Of a stretch of DNA of 57,958 bases, positions 1-10,166 are shown one piece after another; the first letter of the stretch is position 1; each line of letters opens with the position of its first letter. This stretch comes from Bacilli bacterium (lineage in GTDB: Bacteria; Bacillota_I; Bacilli_A; RF39; UBA660). Under the pieces are notes generated by a model. It searched no databases and was not told the DNA's origin. It was given only the letters and a program-made list of their open reading frames with translations. Location: positions 1 through 57,958 of the forward strand of contig JBJEEB010000006.1 of assembly GCA_051872655.1 (NCBI GenBank), given 5' to 3'. A program made the translations under genes and the position numbers.

Positions 1-16
1 TCATGTTATAAATCTT

Positions 17-46
17 AGTGCACAACAATTGTGCACTTCTTTTTTT
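17..46 (+). terminator. Intrinsic terminator of the upstream gene (outside window)
   Basis: AGTGCACAA-caa-TTGTGCACT hairpin followed by a T-run. Confidence 0.65.
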
Positions 47-183
47 AAAATACAATCTTATAAAAAAGGCATTTTTTGTCTTTTTTTGCTTTAAATTTAA
101 GGATATTTATGATATAATTATTTATGTATAGGGATACACTAATATATTAATTATTAAAATATGAGCAAAAATGAGGCTGTAAA

Positions 184-1302
184 ATGAAAATTACAAAAAT
201 GACGTTAAAAAAATATAGAAATTATGACAATTTGGAAATATATTTTAATGATAATATTAATATTATTATTGGTGATAATGCTCAAGGAAAAACTAATTTG
301 CTTGAATCTATCTATTTACTTGGTGTTACTAAATCTTTTTTATCTAGTAGTGATAGAAATTTAATTATGTTTAATAATAAAGCTTCTTTAGTAAAAGGTG
401 AGTTAATTAATAATAATGGTAAATTTAATCTTGAGATATTGATTAGTGAAAGTGGTAAAACTGTTAAAATTAATAATAAAGAGATAAAAAAACTTAGTAA
501 TTATATATCTTTACTTAATGTTATTGTTTTTAATTCAGATAGTATTAGAATATTTAAAGATAGTCCTAATTCAAGAAGAAAATATTTTAATATTGAAATA
601 AGTCAAATTAATAAAAAATATTTAAAATTACTTGGTGATTATAATACTATATTAAGACAAAGAAATGAGTTTCTTAAAGTTATAAATATTGATAAAAAAA
701 ATGATATTATGTATTTAGATATTTTAAATGATAAATATGTAGATTTATCTTTAGAAATACAAAAAATTCGTAAAGAATTTATTGATAAAATTAATACTTA
801 TTTAAGTCAAATATTCAAATATATAACTGGTTTTGAGAAATTAGAACTTAAGTATGTATCAAATTTTAATAATTTAGATAAAGATATGTTTATTAAAAAA
901 TTAAATGATAATTTATATAGAGATATTCAATATAAAATGACTTTAATTGGACCAAATAGAGATGATTATTATTTTTTATTAAATAATAAAAATTTGTCGT
1001 TATATGGTAGTCAAGGTCAAATTAGAAGTTCTATACTTGCTCTTAAATTATCAGAAGTAAAGTTATTTATTGATATAACTTCTGATAGTCCTATACTTCT
1101 TTTAGATGATATGTTTAGTGAGTTGGATATTGATAAGAGAAATAATATTTTAAAATATTTAGATGGTAATGTACAAACTATTATTACTACTACTGATATT
1201 AAAAATATTAATTATAAATTAAGAAAAAAAGCTAATGTTTATGAAATAGAAAATGGAAAAATTATTTCCCAGGAAATAATTTCCAAGCAGGAAGGTGATT
1301 AA
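184..1302 (+). CDS. recF: DNA replication/repair protein RecF
   Basis: [12 protein letters not shown] Walker A, GSQGQ, LLLDD motifs; directly upstream of gyrB. Confidence 0.97.
   Translation: MKITKMTLKKYRNYDNLEIYFNDNINIIIGDNAQGKTNLLESIYLLGVTKSFLSSSDRNLIMFNNKASLVKGELINNNGKFNLEILISESGKTVKINNKEIKKLSNYISLLNVIVFNSDSIRIFKDSPNSRRKYFNIEISQINKKYLKLLGDYNTILRQRNEFLKVINIDKKNDIMYLDILNDKYVDLSLEIQKIRKEFIDKINTYLSQIFKYITGFEKLELKYVSNFNNLDKDMFIKKLNDNLYRDIQYKMTLIGPNRDDYYFLLNNKNLSLYGSQGQIRSSILALKLSEVKLFIDITSDSPILLLDDMFSELDIDKRNNILKYLDGNVQTIITTTDIKNINYKLRKKANVYEIENGKIISQEIISKQEGD
1264..1277. promoter_or_regulatory. Noc-binding-site-like palindrome (one mismatch), inside the recF 3' end
   Basis: ATTTCCCAGGAAAT vs B. 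subtilis NBS ATTTCCCGGGAAAT; palindrome extends over 1260-1281. Confidence 0.65.
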
Positions 1303-1304
1303 TT

Positions 1305-3227
1305 ATGAATAATGAACATTATGATGCATCGGATATTCAAGTGCTTGAAGGATTAGAAGCAGTAAGAAAAAGACCTGGTATGTATATTGGAACTACCGAT
1401 ATTAAAGGATTACATCATTTGGTGTGGGAAATCGTTGATAATTCAATTGATGAAGCTTTAGCCGGTTATTGTAATAATATCGAAGTTATTATTAATAAAG
1501 ATAATTCAATTACTGTTAAAGATGATGGTAGAGGGATACCTGTTGATATACATCCAAAAACCGGTAAATCTACTGTTGAAACAGTATATACAGTTTTACA
1601 TGCAGGAGGTAAATTTGGTGGTGGAGGATACAAAGTATCTGGTGGTCTTCATGGTGTAGGTGCTTCTGTAGTTAATGCTTTAAGTAAATGGGTTGAAGTT
1701 AAAGTATATAAGAATGGTAAAGTTTACTTTATAAGATTTGAAGATGGTGGTCACACTGTTGCTCCTCTTAAGATAATTGATGAATGTTCTCCTGATAGAA
1801 CGGGAACTACAGTTACATTTAAACCAGATCCTAATATTTTTGATAGTGATATTTATGATTATGAAATACTTAAGGTTAGAATTAGGGAACTTGCTTTCTT
1901 AAATAAAGGTCTTTGTATTACTTTAAGAGATGATAGAGATAATGAGGATACTACTGGTGATAAATTTTTATATGAAGGTGGTATTAGTGAATATGTAAGG
2001 TTTATTAATAAAGGAAAAACTCCTCTTCATGATGATATTATTCATTTAACTGGTGAAGAAGATGGTGTTATGTTTGAGGTAGCTATGCAATATAATACTA
2101 GTTATAATGATAACATATATTCGTTTGTTAATAATATTAATACTCACGATGGTGGAACACATGAAGAAGGTGTTCGTAGAGCTTTAACAAGAGTTATAAA
2201 TAGTTATGCTAGGAAGAATAATTTATTAAAAGAAAAGGATGATTCATTAACTGGTGATGATGTTAAAGAAGGATTAACGATGATTATATCTTGCAAGCAT
2301 CCAAATCCTCAATTTGAAGGGCAAACAAAGGGTAGACTTGGTAATTCGGAAGTTAGAAAACTTGCTGATAGTGTATTTTCACAGGGATTTGAAAGGTTTT
2401 TATTAGAACATCCAGAAGATGCTAAAATTATTGTTAATAAAGCTTTACTTGCTTGTAGGGCTAGAAATGCAGCGAGAAAAGCTAGAGAAATTACTAGAAA
2501 AACTGATTTATCTACGACTAATTTTTTTGGTAAATTATCTGATTGTAAAAGTAAAGATCCTAAGGTATCTGAAATATTTATAGTCGAGGGGGATAGTGCT
2601 GGTGGTTCTGCTAAAAAAGGAAGAGATTCTATGACACAAGCTATTCTTCCACTTAGAGGAAAAATACTTAATGTAGAAAAAGCTAGACTTGATAAGGCTT
2701 TGTCTAATGAAGAAATAAGAACTATTATTACCGCATTTGGAACAGGTATTGGTGAAGAATTTGATTTATCTAAACTTAGGTACGATAAAATTATAATAAT
2801 GACAGATGCCGATGTTGATGGTTCTCATATTAGAGTATTACTTCTTACTTTATTTTATAGATTCTTTAAACCTATAGTAGAAGCTGGACATGTATATGCT
2901 GCGCAGCCTCCATTATTTAGAATAATGCATGGTAAAACAAGAAGATATGTATTAGATGAAAAGGAAAAGGAAGCTTATTTAGCATCTCTTCCTGAAAATG
3001 TCAGAAATCGTGCTGAAATTGCTCGTATGAAAGGTTTAGGAGAAATGGATGCTGAAGAGTTAAATGAAACAACTATGGATATTAATAAGAGAGTTTTGCG
3101 TAGAATTACTGTTGATGACTGTGTATCTGCTGATGCTATATTTGAAAAATTAATGGGTGATGAAGTAGAACCAAGAAGAGCATTTATTGAGGAAAATGCT
3201 AGATATGTTAAGAATCTAGACATTTAG
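1305..3227 (+). CDS. gyrB: DNA gyrase subunit B
   Basis: [34 protein letters not shown] motifs. Confidence 0.98.
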   Translation: MNNEHYDASDIQVLEGLEAVRKRPGMYIGTTDIKGLHHLVWEIVDNSIDEALAGYCNNIEVIINKDNSITVKDDGRGIPVDIHPKTGKSTVETVYTVLHAGGKFGGGGYKVSGGLHGVGASVVNALSKWVEVKVYKNGKVYFIRFEDGGHTVAPLKIIDECSPDRTGTTVTFKPDPNIFDSDIYDYEILKVRIRELAFLNKGLCITLRDDRDNEDTTGDKFLYEGGISEYVRFINKGKTPLHDDIIHLTGEEDGVMFEVAMQYNTSYNDNIYSFVNNINTHDGGTHEEGVRRALTRVINSYARKNNLLKEKDDSLTGDDVKEGLTMIISCKHPNPQFEGQTKGRLGNSEVRKLADSVFSQGFERFLLEHPEDAKIIVNKALLACRARNAARKAREITRKTDLSTTNFFGKLSDCKSKDPKVSEIFIVEGDSAGGSAKKGRDSMTQAILPLRGKILNVEKARLDKALSNEEIRTIITAFGTGIGEEFDLSKLRYDKIIIMTDADVDGSHIRVLLLTLFYRFFKPIVEAGHVYAAQPPLFRIMHGKTRRYVLDEKEKEAYLASLPENVRNRAEIARMKGLGEMDAEELNETTMDINKRVLRRITVDDCVSADAIFEKLMGDEVEPRRAFIEENARYVKNLDI

Positions 3228-3238
3228 GAGGTAAAGTT

Positions 3239-5869
3239 ATGGAAGATGAAAATAAAATAAATAACAATGATATTAGTGATCTTATTGACAGAGCAATGAG
3301 TGATGATAATAGTGGTGAAACTAATATTCAAAATATTGAAAATAATGATATTGCTGATGATAATGACAATGATGATTTTAATGGTAATTTTCATGAAAAA
3401 GATAGTTCTACAGTAAATGATATCGTTTCTGAAGTTAAAGATTCATTTATTGATTATTCTATGAGTGTTATTACTTCTAGAGCTATTCCAGATTTGAGAG
3501 ATGGATTAAAGCCTGTTCATAGACGTATTTTATGGTCTATGTATGAGGAAGGTAATACACCTGATAAGCCTCATAAAAAATCCGCTACTACTGTTGGTTA
3601 TGTTATGGGACATTATCATCCACATGGTGATAGCTCTATATATGAAGCTATGGTGCGTTTAGCTCAAGATTTTAATGAAAGATATATGTTAGTAGATGGT
3701 CATGGAAACTTTGGTAATATTGAGGGTGATGGCGCTGCTGCCTATCGTTATACAGAAGCAAGATTATCTAAAATTTCACTTGAACTTATTAGAGATATTA
3801 ATAAAAATACTGTTGATATGGATGATAACTTTGATGAGACAAGTAAGGAACCTAGAGTACTTCCAAGTAGATTTCCTAATATTTTGGTAAATGGTTCAAT
3901 GGGTATAGCAGTAGGTATGGCTACTAATATCCCACCTCATAATTTAGGTGAAGTAATAGATGGATGCGTGGCATATATAGATAATCATGATATTGATACT
4001 TTAGGACTTATGGAATATGTTAAAGGTCCTGATTTTCCTACTGGTGGTATAATACTTGGTAATTCTGGTATTAGAAAGGCTTATGAAACTGGTAGAGGTT
4101 CTATTACTATTCGTAGTAGAGCTGAAATTGAAGAACACAATAATCATAGTACTATTGTTATTACAGAAGTTCCTTATGGTGTTAATACTATGGAACTTAA
4201 AAATAAGGTTGCAGAACTTGTTAGGGATAAAGTAATTGAAGGTATTTCTGATTATCATACTGATTTAAAAAATGGTGTTAAGATTACTATTACTTTAAAG
4301 AAGGATGCTAATCCTCAAGTAGTATTAAATAATTTATATAAACATACTAATTTTCAAGTTTCTTATGGAATTATATTTTTAATGCTTGATCAAGGGGTTC
4401 CTAAAACTTTAGGTCTTAAGGATATTATATCTAAATATATAGATCATCAAAAAGAAGTTATTATTAGAAGAACTAGATTTGATTTAGAAAAAGATGAGAG
4501 AAGAGTACATATTTTAGAAGGATATAAGATAGCTCAAGATAACATTGATGAGGTTATTAAAATTATTAAAACTGCTAAAAGTGATGTAGAAGCTAAGGAA
4601 AAGTTGATGACTCGTTTTGCCCTTTCTGAAATACAAACTGATGCTATATTAGAATTAAAATTGCGTCGTTTAACTGGAATGGAAAGAGAGAAGATTGAAG
4701 CAGAACTTAGAGATTTACTTCTTGAAATTGAAGAATTAAAATCTATTCTTGCTTCTGAACAAAAAGTACTTGATATTATAAAAAAAGAATTGCTTGATAT
4801 TAAAAATAGATATGCTGATGAAAGAAGAACACATATTGATATGACAGCAATTGAATATATTGAAGATGAAAGTTTAATACCTGAGGATAAGATTGTTATT
4901 ACCTTAACTAAGAAAGGTTATATTAAGAGATTATCTGCTTCTACTTATAAAACTCAGCATAGAGGTGGAGTAGGTATTAAAGGAATGACCACTAATGAGG
5001 AAGATTTTGTTGAACAAATTCTTAATTGTTCAACGCATGATTATGTCTTATTCTTTACTAATAAAGGTAAAGTATATCGAATTAAAGGTTATGAAATTCC
5101 TGAGTATAGTAGACAGTCTAAGGGATTACCTATTATTAATTTACTTAATTTAGAAAATGGGGAATATGTTACTTCTTTGCTTAATGGTTCAAATGATAGT
5201 GAAGATAAATATTTAGTATTTGCTACAAAGAGTGGTTTAATAAAAAGAACTGATTTAGCTGAATTTTATAATATTAGATCTAATGGTAAGAAATTTATTA
5301 CTTTACGTGAAGATGATGAACTTATTTCTGTAAAGGGTACTAATGGTGAAAATGATGTATTGATGGCTTCTTCTAATGGTAGAATGGTTAGATTTAATGA
5401 AAATTCTATTAGAGTTATGGGTAGAAGTGCTGCTGGTGTAAGAGGTATTAACTTAGATGGTGGATATCTTGTTGGTATGGAAATTGTTAAACCTAATGAA
5501 GATGTACTTGTAATTAGTGAAAATGGTTATGGCAAAAAGACCCCTATTGAAGATTATAGAATTACTAATAGAGGTGGAAAAGGTGTAAAGACTATTAGTA
5601 TTACAAATAAAAATGGTTCTATTGTTTCATTTAAGACTGTTACAGATGATAAGGATTTAATTATTATTACTAATACTGGCATGATTATTAGATTGGCTGT
5701 TGATAAGATATCTAGAATGAGTAGGGTTACTCAAGGAGTAAAATTGATTAATTTAAAAGATGATACTAAAGTAAGTAGTACTGCCATTGTTGATAGAGAA
5801 GAATGTTATGATATTTCTTCAGATAATGCGGAAATTATTGATAGTACTACAAATAAAGAGAATGAATAA
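3239..5869 (+). CDS. gyrA: DNA gyrase subunit A with an acidic N-terminal extension
   Basis: DGLKPVHRR, YHPHGD, AAAYRYTEARL, GyrA-box QHRGGVG; RBS AGGAGG before 3239. Confidence 0.98.
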   Translation: MEDENKINNNDISDLIDRAMSDDNSGETNIQNIENNDIADDNDNDDFNGNFHEKDSSTVNDIVSEVKDSFIDYSMSVITSRAIPDLRDGLKPVHRRILWSMYEEGNTPDKPHKKSATTVGYVMGHYHPHGDSSIYEAMVRLAQDFNERYMLVDGHGNFGNIEGDGAAAYRYTEARLSKISLELIRDINKNTVDMDDNFDETSKEPRVLPSRFPNILVNGSMGIAVGMATNIPPHNLGEVIDGCVAYIDNHDIDTLGLMEYVKGPDFPTGGIILGNSGIRKAYETGRGSITIRSRAEIEEHNNHSTIVITEVPYGVNTMELKNKVAELVRDKVIEGISDYHTDLKNGVKITITLKKDANPQVVLNNLYKHTNFQVSYGIIFLMLDQGVPKTLGLKDIISKYIDHQKEVIIRRTRFDLEKDERRVHILEGYKIAQDNIDEVIKIIKTAKSDVEAKEKLMTRFALSEIQTDAILELKLRRLTGMEREKIEAELRDLLLEIEELKSILASEQKVLDIIKKELLDIKNRYADERRTHIDMTAIEYIEDESLIPEDKIVITLTKKGYIKRLSASTYKTQHRGGVGIKGMTTNEEDFVEQILNCSTHDYVLFFTNKGKVYRIKGYEIPEYSRQSKGLPIINLLNLENGEYVTSLLNGSNDSEDKYLVFATKSGLIKRTDLAEFYNIRSNGKKFITLREDDELISVKGTNGENDVLMASSNGRMVRFNENSIRVMGRSAAGVRGINLDGGYLVGMEIVKPNEDVLVISENGYGKKTPIEDYRITNRGGKGVKTISITNKNGSIVSFKTVTDDKDLIIITNTGMIIRLAVDKISRMSRVTQGVKLINLKDDTKVSSTAIVDREECYDISSDNAEIIDSTTNKENE

Positions 5870-5890
5870 TTAATTTATTCATTCTTTTTT
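5859..5890 (+). terminator. gyrA terminator
   Basis: AGAATGAATAA...TTATTCATTCT followed by a T-run. Confidence 0.7.
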
Positions 5891-5927
5891 CTATGTTGGA
5901 TGTTGATGTGTAAAAATGAAATAAAAT

Positions 5928-5941
5928 ATTTCCCGGGAAAT
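5928..5941. promoter_or_regulatory. Noc-binding site (perfect consensus)
   Basis: ATTTCCCGGGAAAT, intergenic. Confidence 0.75.
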
Positions 5942-6054
5942 AATTTTGTTAATATAAATTTAATTTATTAAAATATTTTTTGGAAAATATTTTTTATATT
6001 ATTATTTTTTAAATAAATGCATACATATGTTTGTGTCTATTTGAAATTTGAATC

Positions 6055-6083
6055 TTGATTTTTTTTTATAAATGTAGTATAGT
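6055..6083 (+). promoter_or_regulatory. SigA promoter of the SRP RNA
   Basis: TTGATT-N17-TATAGT, placing +1 near 6090. Confidence 0.7.
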
Positions 6084-6089
6084 GTTGTT

Positions 6090-6162
6090 GATACAACATT
6101 AATGGTGGAACCAAGTCAGGGACGGAAGTCAGCAGCTTTAACACTTAATTAATGTGTGTATC
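6090..6162 (+). ncRNA. ffs: Small bacterial SRP RNA (4.5S type)
   Basis: Helix-8 signature TCAGG-GAC-GGAA-GTC-AGCAG; ends pair (GATACA-ACATTAAT / ATTAATGT-GTGTATC); T-run follows; near tadA/dnaX. Confidence 0.92.
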
Positions 6163-6171
6163 TTTTTTTTA

Positions 6172-6728
6172 TGTTTCATGTGAAACATAGTAATCAACAG
6201 TTATTTTTACTTATGTTAATAAATAAAATCTATTATACTTGTGAAAGTAAATTATTAGTTTTTTATTTGTATTTAATGTCATGTTTCACGTGAAACATGA
6301 CTATCAACAACTATAATTTTTTTTTATATATTGATAACTATTAAATAGAGATGCTAAGTAAATAAATTTATTTATTGTAATTTTTAATAGTATTTAATAT
6401 TTTAGTTATTGATTTTATTTATAATATACTATTTATATTTATGTTTCACGTGGAACATAGTTATCAACAACTATAATTTTTTTTATATATTGATAACTAT
6501 TAAATAGAGATGCTAAGTAAATAAATTTATTTATTGTAATTTTTAATAGTATTTAATATTTTAGTTATTGATTTTATTTATAATATACTATTTATATTTA
6601 TGTTTCACGTGGAACATAGTTATCAACACTAAATTTTTTTTATTATGCTAATAAATAAAATCTATTATACTTATAAAAGTAAATTATTAATTTTTTATTT
6701 GTATTTAATATATGTTCCACGTGAAACA
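6172..6728. repeat. parS: Cluster of five parS (Spo0J/ParB) sites in duplicated AT-rich units
   Basis: TGTTNCAYGTGNAACA at 6172, 6282, 6442, 6601 and 6713; units 6282-6441 and 6442-6600 nearly identical; 6172-6281 resembles 6601-6712. Confidence 0.92.
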
Positions 6729-6863
6729 CAAAAATATTATTAGAATTTTTTCTATTTAAAAATATGTTTATTTTGCTACTAGGTTGTTGATAAATAGATT
6801 TTGTGTAGTTATTATTTATTTTTTTTGATATACTTGTTGATATGTGAAAGGAAATGTATTTTT

Positions 6864-7289
6864 ATGAAAGAATATTTTATGAAGATGGCTTATTGTGAAG
6901 CAAAAAAGGCATATAAAAATGATGAAATACCTGTTGGGTGTGTTATTGTATGTGAAAATGAGATAGTTGCCTGTGGATATAATAAAAAAGAACGTAAAAA
7001 TAATGCTCTTATGCATGCTGAAATTATTGCTATTGATAAAGCTTGTAGAAAACTTGGTAGTTGGCGATTGGATAATTGTGATATTTATGTTACTTTGGAG
7101 CCTTGTATGATGTGTATGGGGGCAATTATTGAAAGTAGAATTAGAAATGTATATTATGGTACTAAAAATAAAAACGAACAAATGTATGTTTTAAATATGA
7201 TTAATAGGTTTGTGAATTTATATAATGTTAATGATGTTGATTGTTCTAAAATTTTATCGGATTTTTTTATAAATAAAAGAAAAAAGTGA
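6864..7289 (+). CDS. tadA: tRNA adenosine(34) deaminase
   Basis: HAE and EPCMMC zinc motifs; start moved to ATG 6864 after GAAAGGA. Confidence 0.9.
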   Translation: MKEYFMKMAYCEAKKAYKNDEIPVGCVIVCENEIVACGYNKKERKNNALMHAEIIAIDKACRKLGSWRLDNCDIYVTLEPCMMCMGAIIESRIRNVYYGTKNKNEQMYVLNMINRFVNLYNVNDVDCSKILSDFFINKRKK

Positions 7290-7337
7290 TGTTTATAGGT
7301 AAGTTTTGTGATATAATTGATGTGAGGGAGGTAGTTT

Positions 7338-9020
7338 GTGAGTTATTTAGCTTTATATAGAAAATATAGACCTATTGATTTTGATAATGTTTATGGTCAA
7401 GATGAAGTTGTAACTGTTATTAAAAATGCTATTATTAATAATAAGGTTTCACATGCTTATTTATTTTGTGGTCCTAGAGGTACTGGTAAAACTACTATTG
7501 CTAAAATTATAGCTAAAATGGTTAATTGTGATAATTTGATTGATGATAAACCTTGTGGAAAATGTTATAATTGTCAACATTTTTTAAATAGTAATGATAT
7601 TGTTGAAATTGATGCTGCCTCTAATAATGGTGTTGATGAAATAAGAGAACTTAAAGATAAAATAAATCTTGTTCCTAGTAATGCTAAGTATAAAGTTTAC
7701 ATTATTGATGAGGTTCATATGCTTACCACTCAAGCATTTAATGCTTTATTAAAAACTCTTGAGGAACCGCCTGCACATGTTATTTTTATTTTGGCTACTA
7801 CTGAACCTCATAAGATTCCTCTTACTATTTCTTCGAGATGTCAAAAATTTCGTTTCACTAAGATTAATTCAACAAAAATTGTTGATAGATTAAAAGAAAT
7901 TGCTAAACTTGAAAATATTAAAATTGAACCTGATGCTTTATTTGAAATTGCTAGAATTTCTGATGGAGGGATGAGAGATGCAATTAACTTTTTGGATCAG
8001 CTTGTGTCATATAATAGTAAAGATATTACTTTAGATGATATTTATAAAGTTAATGGTTCTGTTTCTTATAATGATATTTATTTGTTACTTAAGGCTATAT
8101 ATGATAATAATAAAATTAAAATAATTGACTTCTTTGATACTTTTAATGATAGTGGAAAAGATATTAATAAATTTTCTTCAGAACTTATTGTATTTTTGAA
8201 AGACATTATTTTATTTAAAAATACTAAATTATTATCTGATATTGATGTCAAAAATGAAAATATTAAGCTTGTTGATAATCTCTATAATGTTGGTATTATT
8301 TATGATTTAATAGAAAAATTAAATGATATACAAAACACTATAAAAAATTCTAATCATGGTTGTATATTATTTATGACTTCTATACTCAAGTTTTCTGATA
8401 ATTATTTTTGCAATAAAAAAGTTGAAATTACTTCTGTGAATATAAAAAATAATGATGTAAAAATTGAAAATAAAGAGGATAAAATTATTTCCCGGGAAAT
8501 AATTTCAAAAGAAAAGGAAAATACTAAAGTTATGGATAGTCCAAAAATAATTAATAATAAAGATATTGAAAATATTAAAATTAAAATTAATAATGCTCTT
8601 GCTTTAGCAAATAAAGGTGTATTAATGAAACTCAAGAATGATTGGAGTTTAATTGATGATTATTTATATGATGATAATTATTCTGTAGTTGCAGGTCTCC
8701 TTAAAGATTCAGTACCTGTAGTAGCTTCAGAAAAGTATATTATTGTTGCTAATAATCTTGATGCTATTGCTAATAGAATTAATGATAATGCTAATTTGAT
8801 TGAAAATTTATTGTTTAAAATATTTGGATATAATACATATGTTGTTGGTATGTCTAGTGAGAAATGGAATATAGAAAAAGATAAGTATATATTAAATATT
8901 AAAAATGGTATTAAGTATATAGAAAAAGATATTATTAATGATCAAAATATTAAAAAGCAAAAAACTTCTGTTGATGAACTTATTGATTTAATGGGAGAAA
9001 GTATAATTGAATATAAATAA
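7338..9020 (+). CDS. dnaX: DNA polymerase III gamma/tau
   Basis: YRKYRP, GPRGTGKT, zinc module, EIDAASNNGVD, SRC. Confidence 0.97.
   Translation: MSYLALYRKYRPIDFDNVYGQDEVVTVIKNAIINNKVSHAYLFCGPRGTGKTTIAKIIAKMVNCDNLIDDKPCGKCYNCQHFLNSNDIVEIDAASNNGVDEIRELKDKINLVPSNAKYKVYIIDEVHMLTTQAFNALLKTLEEPPAHVIFILATTEPHKIPLTISSRCQKFRFTKINSTKIVDRLKEIAKLENIKIEPDALFEIARISDGGMRDAINFLDQLVSYNSKDITLDDIYKVNGSVSYNDIYLLLKAIYDNNKIKIIDFFDTFNDSGKDINKFSSELIVFLKDIILFKNTKLLSDIDVKNENIKLVDNLYNVGIIYDLIEKLNDIQNTIKNSNHGCILFMTSILKFSDNYFCNKKVEITSVNIKNNDVKIENKEDKIISREIISKEKENTKVMDSPKIINNKDIENIKIKINNALALANKGVLMKLKNDWSLIDDYLYDDNYSVVAGLLKDSVPVVASEKYIIVANNLDAIANRINDNANLIENLLFKIFGYNTYVVGMSSEKWNIEKDKYILNIKNGIKYIEKDIINDQNIKKQKTSVDELIDLMGESIIEYK
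8487..8500. promoter_or_regulatory. Noc-binding site (perfect) in the dnaX linker region
   Basis: ATTTCCCGGGAAAT within the 24-bp palindrome 8482-8505. Confidence 0.72.
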
Positions 9021-9026
9021 AGGAGA

Positions 9027-9332
9027 ATGATGAAAATGAATATGCAAAATTTGATGATGCAAGCTAAAAAAATGCAAAAGGATATTGAGAAGACTCAAAA
9101 GGAATTAGAAAGTAAAATTTATGAAGGTAGTTCACAAATTGTAACTGCTTCAGTTAATGGTAATGGAAAATTACTGTCTATTAATATTGAAATTGATGAT
9201 TTAACTAATGATGATAAAGAGATGTTAGAGGATATGATTTTAGTTGCTGTTAATAATGCTCTTGATAAAATGGAAAAGGATAAGGAAGAAAAATTTGGTA
9301 AATATGGCCAAATGTTTAATGGTTTAATGTAG
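9027..9332 (+). CDS. ybaB: YbaB/EbfC nucleoid-associated protein
   Basis: MQNLMMQAKKMQ, EMLEDMILVAVN; lies between dnaX and recR. Confidence 0.93.
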   Translation: MMKMNMQNLMMQAKKMQKDIEKTQKELESKIYEGSSQIVTASVNGNGKLLSINIEIDDLTNDDKEMLEDMILVAVNNALDKMEKDKEEKFGKYGQMFNGLM

Positions 9333-9333
9333 T

Positions 9334-9927
9334 ATGTATCCTAATTGTGTTAAGAATGTTATTGAATGTTTAAAGGATTTACCGGGAATAGGGGAAAAGA
9401 CTGCTGAAAGACTAGCTTTTTCTTTAATTAATTTTGATAAAGATGAACTAACTTTGTTTTCTGAATCTATATGTGGAATTAGAGATAAACTTACTAATTG
9501 TAAGATATGTGGTAATATTTGTGATAGTGATATTTGTCCTATTTGTCAAGATAAAGACAGAAATAGTAGTTTAATATTTGTAGTAGAAAAGGCTAAGGAT
9601 ATTTCTTTATTTGAAAAAATTAATATTTATAATGGTAAATATCATGTTCTTGGTGGTTTAATTTCTCCTCTTGAGGGGATTGGTCCTGAAGATATTAATA
9701 TTGATAAGTTAATTTCTAGAATTGATATTGATGAAGTAAGTGAAATTATTTTAGCTTTAAAACCTTCAATTGAAGGTGAAACTACTATGCAATATATTAA
9801 AAAAATTCTTGAAGATAAAAATGTTAAAGTTACAAGGATTGCCACAGGTATTCCTATTGGTACTGATATTGAATATATTGATCCTATGACATTAGAATTT
9901 GCTTTAGAAGGTAGAAAAGACATATAA
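9334..9927 (+). CDS. recR: Recombination mediator RecR
   Basis: LPGIGEKTAERLA HhH, C4 zinc finger, Toprim YHVLGG. Confidence 0.97.
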   Translation: MYPNCVKNVIECLKDLPGIGEKTAERLAFSLINFDKDELTLFSESICGIRDKLTNCKICGNICDSDICPICQDKDRNSSLIFVVEKAKDISLFEKINIYNGKYHVLGGLISPLEGIGPEDINIDKLISRIDIDEVSEIILALKPSIEGETTMQYIKKILEDKNVKVTRIATGIPIGTDIEYIDPMTLEFALEGRKDI

Positions 9928-9954
9928 ATTTGTTTTAATCATATAATTTTTTAG

Positions 9955-10152
9955 GTGAAATATATGATTAAAAAAATATTTTGGGTGGTAAAGAGATTTA
10001 TTTTTGGTGTTTTATTTATTTATGCTTTTAATGTTATTGTATTTCCTATAGATGCTGTAGTTCCAATAAATATTTTTACTATTTTATTTGTCAGTATTTT
10101 TGGGTTACCTGGAATTATTGGTATTTGTTTATTTTCTATTTTTATTTTATAG
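9955..10152 (+). CDS. bofA: Pro-sigmaK processing inhibitor BofA family (start may be ATG 9964)
   Basis: PINIFT...GLPG motif, hydrophobic, after recR; SigE-like -10 CATATAAT at 9940. Confidence 0.82.
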   Translation: MKYMIKKIFWVVKRFIFGVLFIYAFNVIVFPIDAVVPINIFTILFVSIFGLPGIIGICLFSIFIL

Positions 10153-10166
10153 AAGGGAGTTTTATT

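Noticed and set aside
5974-5989. Degenerate Noc-like ATTTTTTGGAAAAT
   Set aside because: The CCCGGG core is lost; expected by chance in AT-rich DNA
6172-6728. Repeat-spacer pattern resembling a CRISPR array
   Set aside because: The repeats are 16-bp parS palindromes, the spacers are about 95-145 bp and duplicated, and there are no cas genes
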